Shown in pieces: positions 30,077-38,754 of a stretch of DNA of 64,000 bases. The stretch comes from Dehalococcoidia bacterium (lineage in GTDB: Bacteria > Chloroflexota > Dehalococcoidia > UBA2979), in assembly GCA_036013055.1 (NCBI GenBank), contig DASCQM010000011.1:1132-65131 (forward strand). Reading direction: 5' to 3'. The translations under genes and the position numbers were made by a program. Under the pieces are notes generated by a model. The model was not told the DNA's origin. It ran no database searches and worked only from the letters and a program-made list of their open reading frames with translations. Every line of letters starts with the position of its first letter. Positions within the stretch are counted from its first letter, which is position 1.

Positions 30077-31918
30077 CTAGAGCAGGGCCGCGAGCGCCTG
30101 CACGAGCTGGCGATTCTCCGCCGACGTGCGTGACGCGATGCGCAGGTAGCGGTCGGCCTCCGGCATGCTCTTCGCCGCGCAATCCTTAATCAGGATGTTG
30201 TGCTCGACGTAGAGGCGGCGTGCGAACTCCGGGCCGGAAAGTGGTGAACCGGTCAGCTTGCAGAGGATGAAGTTCGCGTCCGGCTCGATCGGGTCGACGC
30301 CCGGCAGCGCCAGCAGGTCCGCGTACAACTCACTGCATGCCTCGCGCGTCAGGTCGCAACTCGCGGCGAACTCGCTACGGTAGCGTCCAACGGTGCGCAG
30401 GAACTCCTCCGCGAGGCCGTTGATGTTCCAGATCGGCAACGTGCCGCGAACGGCGTTGATGAACTCGCGATCCGCGCTCAGCAGGTAGCCGATGCGCAGG
30501 CCGGCGATGCCGAAGACCTTGCTCATGCTCTTGATGATCACGAGGTTCGGAACCTCCTCGACCATCTCCTCGACGCTTCCCGGAACACCGACTCGTGAGA
30601 ACTCGATGAACGATTCGTCGACGATCAAGCGGCAGCCTGCGGGTTCGAGGCGACGCGCCAATCGCAGCACGTCGTCGCGCGTGACGGAGACTGCGGTCGG
30701 GTTGTTCGGCGTGACGACGACCGCCGTGTCGGAATTCCACTCGATCGCGGACTCGGCGAAGGCGTCGATGTCCAGCTCGAAGGTCACGGGGTCAAGCGTG
30801 AAGCGGTTCAGTCCGGCGGGGTCGATCACTTCCTCGTACTCGTTGAACGAGGGTGTGGGGATCGTCAGCCGCTCAACGAACTCGCTACCGAGGATCTTGA
30901 TCAGCTCAGCGGCGCCGTTGGCGACGGCGAGGTGGTCGGGGTTCGCGCCGGTCCAGTCGGAGACGAGGCGGGCGAGATCTTTCTGGGCGACCGGGTAGTT
31001 GGTGACGATCTCGCGCAGGTCGGCTCCGAACGCCTTGAGCATCGCGGGCGGCGGGAAGTGCATGTTGTAGAGATAGGAGTGGTCGGTGAAGCCGTAGCGC
31101 CAGTACGCCCCGTGGAGCTGCTGGATGCGGTCGAACTGCGCGTCGCCATCGAGGAAGAGGAACTCAGCGGCGTCCTGATCGCGATGATCGTCGATCTCGT
31201 ACCAGCGGCTCGCCGAGACATCGATGGCGGCGAGCTCGGTGACCGATCCGTCCGCGACAAAGTCGTGAAAGAGACTCTCGTAGTAGCGGTTGACGTGCCC
31301 CGCATCGATCGCGCTGCGCAGGCGCGGAACGAGCTGCTCTCGCAGCAATTGCTCGCGCAGCAGGTAGACGTTGACGGTCTTGAATGCATCGCTCGAATCG
31401 AAGTCCGGCCCCTGGTCGGCACCGAGGATGAAGTCGGTGACGCGATGCTCGCCGTCACGTCGCACGACGGTGCCGGAGAGCGCGGGGTGATCGGGCGCGA
31501 CGGCGGCGCTGCTGCGCGGATCCGCGAGCAGGGCCGTGATCACCTCCGGGTCGAATACGACGTCGGCCTCCAGCAGCAGAACGTCCTGATCGAGGTAGTC
31601 GCAGGCATCCCAGAGTGAGCGGATGTTGTTCGTCGTCTCGTAGTCGGGCGCCTCGACGTACTTGATGTCGACATCGGCAAAACAGGTTCCGATGCGCTCC
31701 CGGATCACCTCGCCCTTGTAGCCGATCACGATCACAGCCTCGCTGGTGCCCTGCGCACCGAGCGCCCGCAACGCGCGCTCCAGCAGCGGTTCGCCGCCGA
31801 CCTCGACCATGCACTTCGGAATCTCCGCGGTCAGCGGCAGCAGACGGTTGCCCTTGCCGGCAGCGAGGATCACAGCACGGCGAACCGGCGGTGCGGCGTT
31901 GCTCGACGCGTTCGTCAT
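30077..31918 (-). CDS. bifunctional nucleotidyltransferase (LicC/PntC-like) fused to a class I/II PLP enzyme (HisC/CobD-like)
   Basis: ORF 30077..32182 trimmed to ATG 31918. N-terminal AVILAAGKGNRLLPLTAEIPKCMVEVGG is the GxGxRL NTP-transferase motif. The C-terminal half has TPNNPT and IIKSMSKVFGIAGLRIGY (PLP-Lys motif SxSK). Confidence 0.8.
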   Translation of the reverse strand: MTNASSNAAPPVRRAVILAAGKGNRLLPLTAEIPKCMVEVGGEPLLERALRALGAQGTSEAVIVIGYKGEVIRERIGTCFADVDIKYVEAPDYETTNNIRSLWDACDYLDQDVLLLEADVVFDPEVITALLADPRSSAAVAPDHPALSGTVVRRDGEHRVTDFILGADQGPDFDSSDAFKTVNVYLLREQLLREQLVPRLRSAIDAGHVNRYYESLFHDFVADGSVTELAAIDVSASRWYEIDDHRDQDAAEFLFLDGDAQFDRIQQLHGAYWRYGFTDHSYLYNMHFPPPAMLKAFGADLREIVTNYPVAQKDLARLVSDWTGANPDHLAVANGAAELIKILGSEFVERLTIPTPSFNEYEEVIDPAGLNRFTLDPVTFELDIDAFAESAIEWNSDTAVVVTPNNPTAVSVTRDDVLRLARRLEPAGCRLIVDESFIEFSRVGVPGSVEEMVEEVPNLVIIKSMSKVFGIAGLRIGYLLSADREFINAVRGTLPIWNINGLAEEFLRTVGRYRSEFAASCDLTREACSELYADLLALPGVDPIEPDANFILCKLTGSPLSGPEFARRLYVEHNILIKDCAAKSMPEADRYLRIASRTSAENRQLVQALAALL

Positions 31919-31947
31919 CCTGAGTTGCTCCGCTCGCAGTTCGACTG

Positions 31948-33159
31948 CTACGCGGTGCTGCCAGACGCTGCCGAGACCGGCTCGTCGACGCTTGTCGACG
32001 TGAAGTACTCGCGCAGGCGGTCGATGCCCTCGTTGTAGCGGTCGTTGCAGAACGCGAGGCGCAGGTCGTGCGGGACGCCGAAGTCGGTTCCCGGCACCAC
32101 GGCGACGTGGACGCGCTTGAGAATGTCGCGCGCCAATTCCTTCGATGAGGCGAAGCCGTGGTCGTTGTTCCACTGCTCGCATCGCAGGATGGCGTAGAAG
32201 CCGCCGTCGGCCGGGATCGGCTCGCAGCCCGTGCCGGTCAGCCGTTCCGTGGTGTATTCCGCGCGGGATCGATAGGTGCTGTTCAGCTCCTCGGGGCTCT
32301 CCTCGTCCTCGAGCGCCGCGATCATGCCGTCCTGGTAGGCGGGATCGGTGCAGAGCAGCGTGTGCTGCTGGATCACGCGCAGGTTCATCTGCAGTTCCTC
32401 GGGCAGGATCGCGAAGCCGATGCGCTTCGTGTACATGCGGTAGCCCTTGGAGAAGCTGTTCGTGACGATCGTCATGTCCTTGTACTCGGGCAGCAGCGCG
32501 AGCGGCGAGTGGAACTCGTCGTAGAACATCACGTTGTTGTAGATCTCGTCGTTCAGGATGTAGGCCTGTCGATCGACGATCTCGTAGATCTCGCGCATCT
32601 CGTCGGGCGTCACGATGTTGCCGATCGGGTTGCCGGGCGAGTTGATCACGACGAGCGACGTGCGCTCCGGCGAGAAGTTGCGACGGAACGAGTCCATGTC
32701 GACCCGCTTCGTGTCGATGTCGATGTCGTAGAACTTGACCGTCGCGCCGGCCAGCGTGGCGCAGTAGAGGTAGAGCGAGTAGTACGGGCGCGGAATCATG
32801 ATTTCATATTCGGGCCCGGAGACGAGCTGGAAGATGTTGCGGAAGATCGGCGAGCTGCCGGTGTTGACGATCACCGAGTCGGCGGCGACGTCCGTTTTGT
32901 GGTTGCGGTTGTAGAAGTCCGCGATCGCCTCGCGTAGCTCGGGGAGCCCTTCCGGATAGACGCGGCGCACGAAATCGGGGTCGCGCAGCTTGTCGATCAT
33001 ACGGTCGAGGACGGTATCCGGCATCGGCATCTCGGAGACGCCGATCGTCAGCTTGAGAACGTCGGCACCCTCCTCGATCAGTTCGTCAGCCAGTTCATCA
33101 AGCACGAACATCTGGAACTCCAGATCGTTCGGCATCAAGTCTCTGATCGTGCGTGGCAC
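31948..33159 (-). CDS. class I/II PLP-dependent aminotransferase
   Basis: 403 aa. INSPGNPIGN, NDEIY, and TNSFSKGYRMYTKRIGF (PLP Lys). First gene of the three-gene cassette. Confidence 0.8.
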   Translation of the reverse strand: MPRTIRDLMPNDLEFQMFVLDELADELIEEGADVLKLTIGVSEMPMPDTVLDRMIDKLRDPDFVRRVYPEGLPELREAIADFYNRNHKTDVAADSVIVNTGSSPIFRNIFQLVSGPEYEIMIPRPYYSLYLYCATLAGATVKFYDIDIDTKRVDMDSFRRNFSPERTSLVVINSPGNPIGNIVTPDEMREIYEIVDRQAYILNDEIYNNVMFYDEFHSPLALLPEYKDMTIVTNSFSKGYRMYTKRIGFAILPEELQMNLRVIQQHTLLCTDPAYQDGMIAALEDEESPEELNSTYRSRAEYTTERLTGTGCEPIPADGGFYAILRCEQWNNDHGFASSKELARDILKRVHVAVVPGTDFGVPHDLRLAFCNDRYNEGIDRLREYFTSTSVDEPVSAASGSTA

Positions 33160-33418
33160 TCAGTGTCTCCTCGGGTGGTCAGCACCCACGATGCGCGGCG
33201 GCTGCCGCGTCGCGAACGAGCAATTCAGGTTCACCGCAGCGGACAGGCGTCGCGCAGTTGGGCGGCTCGTGCTGAGTCGGAATGGAATCGAAACACTAAG
33301 GCACAGGGCCGCAAATAGCGAGCCGAGGGCGATCCGACGCCTCCTCGCGCGAATCTACGGCGTGTACCATCGCGCCCGGCGACGGAACCAGGCGATCACG
33401 ATCAGCGAGAGGCAGAAG

Positions 33419-34066
33419 ATGGACGCAATCGAAGCTGGTGAGCGATTCGCGATGACGCTCGGCGAAGCGATGTTCACGATGCGCGCGATCCGGCGCCTGA
33501 AGCCCGACCCGATCGACGATCTTGACCTGCGCGACATCCTGACGGCCGCCACGCGGGCGCCGTCCGGTGGCAACAGCCAGCCGTGGCACTTCCTCGTCGT
33601 GCAGGGCCCGGCCCAGCGCCAGCGCTTCGCGGATCTCTACCGCGAGGCGTGGTGGGCGAAACGCGCCGATGAAGGCATCGAGGGGCCGGAGGGCATCGTG
33701 CGCCCCACCGCTCAGTCTGCAATGGGGCTGGCGGACGAGATCGGCACGGCGCCGGTCGTGGTGCTCGTCTGCGCGAACTCGCGTGGACCGGGGCCGATGG
33801 CATCGGTGATCCCGGCCGCGCAGAACCTGTTGCTCGCCGCCCGCGCAATCGGCATCGGCGGCACGATCACGACGCTCCATGCGGTTGTCGACGAGCGCGT
33901 CCACGAGCTGTTCGCCATCCCGGACGAGGTGCAGGTCGTCTACTGCGTCCCGCTCGGCTACCCGAAGGGCGGGTTCGGCGACCTCGACCGCAAGCCATTG
34001 CCGGAGGTGGTCTCACTCGACGCGTGGGCGGCAACGCCGGGCTGGGCCGAGGATGAGCGAGCGTAA
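33419..34066 (+). CDS. nitroreductase-family protein
   Basis: MRAIRRLKPDPI...ILTAATRAPSGGNSQPWHFLVV is the nitroreductase FMN-binding signature. ATG 33419 lies within ORF 32990..34066; ATG 33452 is an alternative. Confidence 0.8.
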   Translation: MDAIEAGERFAMTLGEAMFTMRAIRRLKPDPIDDLDLRDILTAATRAPSGGNSQPWHFLVVQGPAQRQRFADLYREAWWAKRADEGIEGPEGIVRPTAQSAMGLADEIGTAPVVVLVCANSRGPGPMASVIPAAQNLLLAARAIGIGGTITTLHAVVDERVHELFAIPDEVQVVYCVPLGYPKGGFGDLDRKPLPEVVSLDAWAATPGWAEDERA

Positions 34067-34268
34067 GCCTCGCTCCCTCCGCGCTCCCGCGCGGACTGCG
34101 ACTCTGTCGTCGAATCTGCCGTATTCAGATTCACACCTGACGTGCGACCCGCCAACACCAACGTTATCGCTTCACATCACGACGCGGCGGTTACACTCTT
34201 TGTGACGACATTTATCGGCTAACAGACGCCGGATCGCCCCGAATCTGGGGGCATGACAGAGGGCACGA

Positions 34269-34715
34269 ATGACCGAAGAAAGCGGCGTGCTGCACGTTCT
34301 CGTGGTGGAGGACGACGAAGGCAGTCGAGAGTTGATGTCCGAGGTCTTTCTTGAGTTCGGTCACACCGTCGTAGGGACGGAGGACGGTGCCAGCGGCATC
34401 GCGGCGCTCGAGGAAGAGGACACGAACTTCGACCTGATGGTGCTCGACATCCAGATGCCGGTGATGAACGGCATCGACGTCGCGATCAAGGTGCGACAGA
34501 ACCCTCGTTTCCGCGACCTCCCGATCCTCGCCGTCACCGCACTCGCCCATCCTAGCGACGCCGCTCGCATCCTGCGTGCCGGCTGCGACGCCTACCTCTC
34601 GAAGCCGGTATCGATCACCGAGGTGCGGGACGCCGCACGAATGCTGCTCGACGAGGGGCGCTCACGGGCGGCACTGCACGCATTTGCGGACGCAGTAGCA
34701 AGGAAGAACCAGTAG
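34269..34715 (+). CDS. single-domain response regulator (CheY-like receiver)
   Basis: VLVVEDDEGS (acidic pocket), DLMVLDIQMPVMNG (phospho-acceptor Asp), LAVTA, and K in LSKP. Confidence 0.88.
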   Translation: MTEESGVLHVLVVEDDEGSRELMSEVFLEFGHTVVGTEDGASGIAALEEEDTNFDLMVLDIQMPVMNGIDVAIKVRQNPRFRDLPILAVTALAHPSDAARILRAGCDAYLSKPVSITEVRDAARMLLDEGRSRAALHAFADAVARKNQ

Positions 34716-34753
34716 GCGCGAAGTTCCGCCAGCGGCGGTAAGGCTGACGACAC

Positions 34754-36195
34754 GTGGAGACATACATCCTTCACGAGGCGATCGGTTCAGGCAGATTCGG
34801 CACTGTCCATCGCGCGACGCATGAGACCTTCGGCATCGACCGCGCCGTGAAGTTGCTCGATGCCCGCTACACAGACGCGGCGTCGGTCGGCGAAGCCGTC
34901 CAGCGCGCCGCCGTAGAGGCGAGGGAAATCAGCCCCCAGTACGCGGTGCAGGTCTACGACTCCGGCCAGGCAGACGGGCAGGTGTGGTTCGCCAGCGAGT
35001 TGATGCCGCTCGGTGCACTCTCGCCGACGCGGGCGGAGCCAAGCTCTCAGACTTCGGGATCACCGCCACGCTCGCCGCCGAGGTCGGTGTCGACACGTCC
35101 AGCGACCCCACGCGCTACCAGCCACCTGAGCAGGGCTCCGGCGACGCCGCACGCGCCTCCGATCTCTACGCGCTGGGCAAGATTGCGCTCGAGATGTTCG
35201 GCGCCGACGCAGCGGCGCTGCCGATGGTCGAAGAGACCGACCCCGAGCTCTGGGAGCTCCTGCAGCGGATGCTGGACGAAGATCCGGGGCAGCGACCCGA
35301 GGCGATCGAGATCCGCGACGTGTTGCTCCGCTCTGCCGGCACGCCGCCGCCCGAGCCGATCTCCCACGTCGAGCGGGAGGAGCCAGAACCGACGCTCATC
35401 GACCGGCTGCGCGAGCGCGCGGCGCTCGTTGCTGTCGGTGGCGTCGTCGTCGTTGCCGCACTCGCCTCTGTGGTGGCGCTGCTCGCGGGCGGCGGCGACA
35501 CGAGCGAGACCGGCAGTGCCACGACGAACCTCGCGACAGGCGCCGGAGGAACCGGTGTCCTCACAGCCGGAGAGACCGACAGCCAGCCACCGTCCGACGG
35601 CAGCAACGACGACGGCGAGGGAGGCCCCCTCGGCATCATCCTCGATGTAGTCAGGGACGCCGTCGATCCCGACGCGGAGCCCGCCACAACCAGCACGGCG
35701 ACGCCGGTACCGCCAACGCCAACGCCAGCTCCGTTGCTACCGTTCCTCACGCCGACCCCGACCCCGACTCCTCCGCCACCACCGACCCCGACGGCGACGC
35801 CAACGCCACCACCGACAGCGACACCCACGCCAACCGCGACGCCGATCGTCGTGGTGACCGTGACGGGGCCCTGTCCGCCCATCGACCTGCGTGCGCCGGG
35901 CGTCAATCAGCCCACACAGCAGGCATCGCTGATCCTGCCGTTCACGGCCTGGGGTGAGAACGTCTGCGGGCGGGACATCGTCACCGCCTACATCGGCAGC
36001 GAGTTCTGCCGCGCGACGGTCGCCGATGACGACGGGCGCTGGTTCCTGCAGATCGAGTCCACCGACGCCTGCGCGCCGGAGGACGGCGCGGTTCTGCGCT
36101 TCGAGCTCAACCTGCAGCCGACCGCGGCAGAGGCGATCTGGCACGCGGCCGAAGCCAACGTGAACGGGCTTGTCCTCAGGGGCCCGATCGACTGA
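34754..36195 (+). pseudogene. Hanks-type Ser/Thr kinase with an internal deletion/frameshift (catalytic loop missing), TM helix, Pro/Thr linker and extracytoplasmic domain
   Basis: Frame 1 (34754-) has IGSGRFGTV, AVKLL and ...VWFASELMPLGAL. The frame then switches near 35017-35030 to the frame of ORF 34984..36195, which reads AKLSDFGIT, YQPPE, SDLYALGKIALEMF, DPGQRP. No HRDxKxxN loop exists in any frame between these parts. Confidence 0.65.
35698..35844 (+). repeat. low-complexity Pro/Thr-coding tract (ACN-CCN repeats)
   Basis: Encodes TPVPPTPTPAPLLPFLTPTPTPTPPPPPTPTATPTPPPTATPTPTATP, a linker between the TM helix and the C-terminal domain of the kinase remnant. Confidence 0.85.
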
Positions 36196-37462
36196 TCGAT
36201 CCGCGCGCGCACGTCGCAGCCGATCCGCTCGCAGGCGTAGACTGCGCAGGCTCGAAGGCACGTTCGAGGAGGGCGCCATCGACTTCGCATTCAACTCCGA
36301 CCAGCAGGCGTTTCGCGCCGACGTGAAGCAGTTCATCGCCGAGACGCTCACCGACGAGTTCCGTGAGCAGCATCGCGGGCAGGCCTCCGTGCCCGAGTAC
36401 AGCCGCGAGGCCGGTGAGCGCGGCTGGCTCGCCGTCGCCTGGCCGGAGCAGTTCGGTGGCGGGGGCTTCAGCTTCTTCGAGCAGATGATCTATATGGAGG
36501 AGATGGCGGAAGCCGGCGCCCCGCAGGAGCACCACCGCCGGGCCGTGCAGCAGGTCGGCCCGTCGATCATCCTCTCCGGCTCTGACGAGCAGAAGCGCGA
36601 GTACCTGCCCCGCATCGCCAGTGGTGAGATCTCGTTTGCGATGGGGCTGTCCGAGCCCGGTGCCGGCTCCGACCTGGCTGCCGTCTCGACTGCTGCTGTG
36701 CGCGACGGCGATGAGTTCGTGCTCAACGGGCACAAGCTCTTCACCAGCGGCGCGCACTACTCCGACTACCTCTGGGCGGTCACCCGCACCGACCCGGACG
36801 CGCCAAAGCATCGCGGCATCTCGATGCTGATCGTGCCGCTGCATGAGACGGGCGTCAGCGTGCGCCCGCTGCTCGACATGCTCGGCGAGCACCACATCAA
36901 CGAGGTGTTTATGGAGGACGTGCGCGTGCCCGCCGCAAACCTCGTCGGCGAGGAGAACCGCGGCTGGTACGTGAACGCGACGACGATGGACTTCGAGCGC
37001 TCCGGCATCGCCCGCATCGCCGGCCTCCGACGCTCGCGCAGTCGCGCCATCGAGGAGATGCGATCGATGCCAGAGGCGCGCGACCGCATCGGTCACGAAC
37101 CGCGGCGAGTACGCATCGCCGACCTCGCGATCGCGATCGAGGTCTCGCAATGGCTCGCCTACCGCGTGACGTGGATGCAGGCCTCCGCGCGCGTGCCGAA
37201 CTACGAGGTCTCGATCACCAAAGTGCTGGCAACCGAGGCCGGACAGAAGCTCTCGCACGAGATGGTCGGCTACCACGGCCCGATCGCGTGGACGCTGCCC
37301 GCCGACGGTGGTGCCGCGGACGGGCGATCGGACACCGGAGCGCCGGGCCAGAGCTGGGGCGCGAGCGTCGTCGGCGGCATCCCCGCGACGATCGCACAAG
37401 GTTCGAACGAGATTCAGCGCAACGTGATCGCCACGCGCGGTCTCGGTCTGCCGCGAGGCTAG
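36170..37462 (+). CDS. acyl-CoA dehydrogenase family protein (start codon uncertain)
   Basis: IDFAFNSDQQAFRADVKQFI..., MGLSEPGAGSDLAA, NGHKLFTSGA and MDFERSG fit the ACAD fold. The conserved N-terminus begins at ATC 36278, 4-5 nt after GAGGAGGG. TTG 36170 is the only canonical in-frame start and adds a 36-codon Arg-rich extension that overlaps the previous gene. Confidence 0.8.
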   Translation: MSSGARSTDRSARARRSRSARRRRLRRLEGTFEEGAIDFAFNSDQQAFRADVKQFIAETLTDEFREQHRGQASVPEYSREAGERGWLAVAWPEQFGGGGFSFFEQMIYMEEMAEAGAPQEHHRRAVQQVGPSIILSGSDEQKREYLPRIASGEISFAMGLSEPGAGSDLAAVSTAAVRDGDEFVLNGHKLFTSGAHYSDYLWAVTRTDPDAPKHRGISMLIVPLHETGVSVRPLLDMLGEHHINEVFMEDVRVPAANLVGEENRGWYVNATTMDFERSGIARIAGLRRSRSRAIEEMRSMPEARDRIGHEPRRVRIADLAIAIEVSQWLAYRVTWMQASARVPNYEVSITKVLATEAGQKLSHEMVGYHGPIAWTLPADGGAADGRSDTGAPGQSWGASVVGGIPATIAQGSNEIQRNVIATRGLGLPRG

Positions 37463-37466
37463 CGCG

Positions 37467-38729
37467 GTGGCAGGACCGTTCGAGGGGCTGACAATCGTCG
37501 AATTCGGCCGCTTCATCGCCGTCCCCTACTGCGCGCAGCTCTTCGCGGACGGCGGCGCGGACGTGATCAAGGTCGAGCCGATCATCGGTGACGAGACCCG
37601 CCGCAACGGGCAGATCATCGAGGGCGAAGGCCGCCAGTACCTGAACAAGAACCGCGGCAAACGCTCGCTCGCGGTCGATCTCAACGACGAGGCGGCGCGC
37701 GACGCGGTGAAGGCGCTGGTGCATCGCGCCGACATCGTGCTGGCGAACTTCCGCCCCGGCCTCGCCGAGGGGTTCGGACTTGACTACGACTCCGTCGCGG
37801 CGGTGAACCCGCGCGTGATCTACGCGGAGAACACCGGCTACGGACACGCGGGTCCGCTCGCCGATGCGCCCGGCATCGACATCACGCTGCAGGCGTACTC
37901 CGGGATCGCGCAGTTCCATCCGGACGACGGGCCGATCAGGCAGCCGAACCCGCTCACGGACTACGGCACGGCGCTGATAATGGCGTGGGGCGTCTCGACC
38001 GCGCTCTATCATCGCGAGCGCTCTGGCCGCGGCCAGAAGTTGGACACATCGCTGCTGCAGGCCGCGCTCGTGCTGCAGAACAACCATCTCAACCACATCG
38101 ATGCGATCGACAGCGGCCGCAGCGAGTTCGCCGAGTACTTGAAGACGGCTTTCGCGGACGGCGCGAGCTGGTCCGACGTGCTTGAGGCCCGCGCGGAAGC
38201 GCAGGCAGCCGTGCCGATGAACGCGTACTATGGCTTCCATCGCACGTCGGACGGCACGATCGCGCTCGGCGGCGGTAGCGTCGCGATCCGGCGGCAGATC
38301 GTGAAGTTGCTGGAGATCGAGGACCGCTGGGTCACCGAGCCCGGCTGGATGCCAGACGACGCGCGAGCGCATGCCACGGCGATGGTGGAGCAGATGTCGA
38401 CGACTCTCGCGGCACACACGACGGAGCATTGGCTCGCAGCATTCCGCGGCATTGGCGTGCCGGTGGCGCCGGTGCAGATGACGGAGCAGGTGATCGAAGA
38501 CGAGCAGGTGTTGGCGAACGGGTACGTCGTGCGGCTCGAACACGAGCTGTTGGGCGGCTACACCGTGACTGCACCGCCGGTGCAGTTCAGCGAGACCGCG
38601 CTCTCGGCGGAGAACGGGTCGCCCGTGCTCGGCAAGCACACGCGGGAACTGCTGGGCGAGGCCGGGCTCGACAACGCCGCCATCAACGCGCTGATCGAGG
38701 CGGGCGCGGCGCGGGAGCCGTCCGCGTGA
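37467..38729 (+). CDS. family III CoA-transferase (CaiB/BaiF type)
   Basis: GLTIVEFGRFIAVPYCAQLFADGGADVIKVEP signature. GTG start 5 nt after the ACAD stop. Confidence 0.85.
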   Translation: MAGPFEGLTIVEFGRFIAVPYCAQLFADGGADVIKVEPIIGDETRRNGQIIEGEGRQYLNKNRGKRSLAVDLNDEAARDAVKALVHRADIVLANFRPGLAEGFGLDYDSVAAVNPRVIYAENTGYGHAGPLADAPGIDITLQAYSGIAQFHPDDGPIRQPNPLTDYGTALIMAWGVSTALYHRERSGRGQKLDTSLLQAALVLQNNHLNHIDAIDSGRSEFAEYLKTAFADGASWSDVLEARAEAQAAVPMNAYYGFHRTSDGTIALGGGSVAIRRQIVKLLEIEDRWVTEPGWMPDDARAHATAMVEQMSTTLAAHTTEHWLAAFRGIGVPVAPVQMTEQVIEDEQVLANGYVVRLEHELLGGYTVTAPPVQFSETALSAENGSPVLGKHTRELLGEAGLDNAAINALIEAGAAREPSA

Positions 38730-38754
38730 GCCACGCGCTGGTGAGGTGGGCGCG

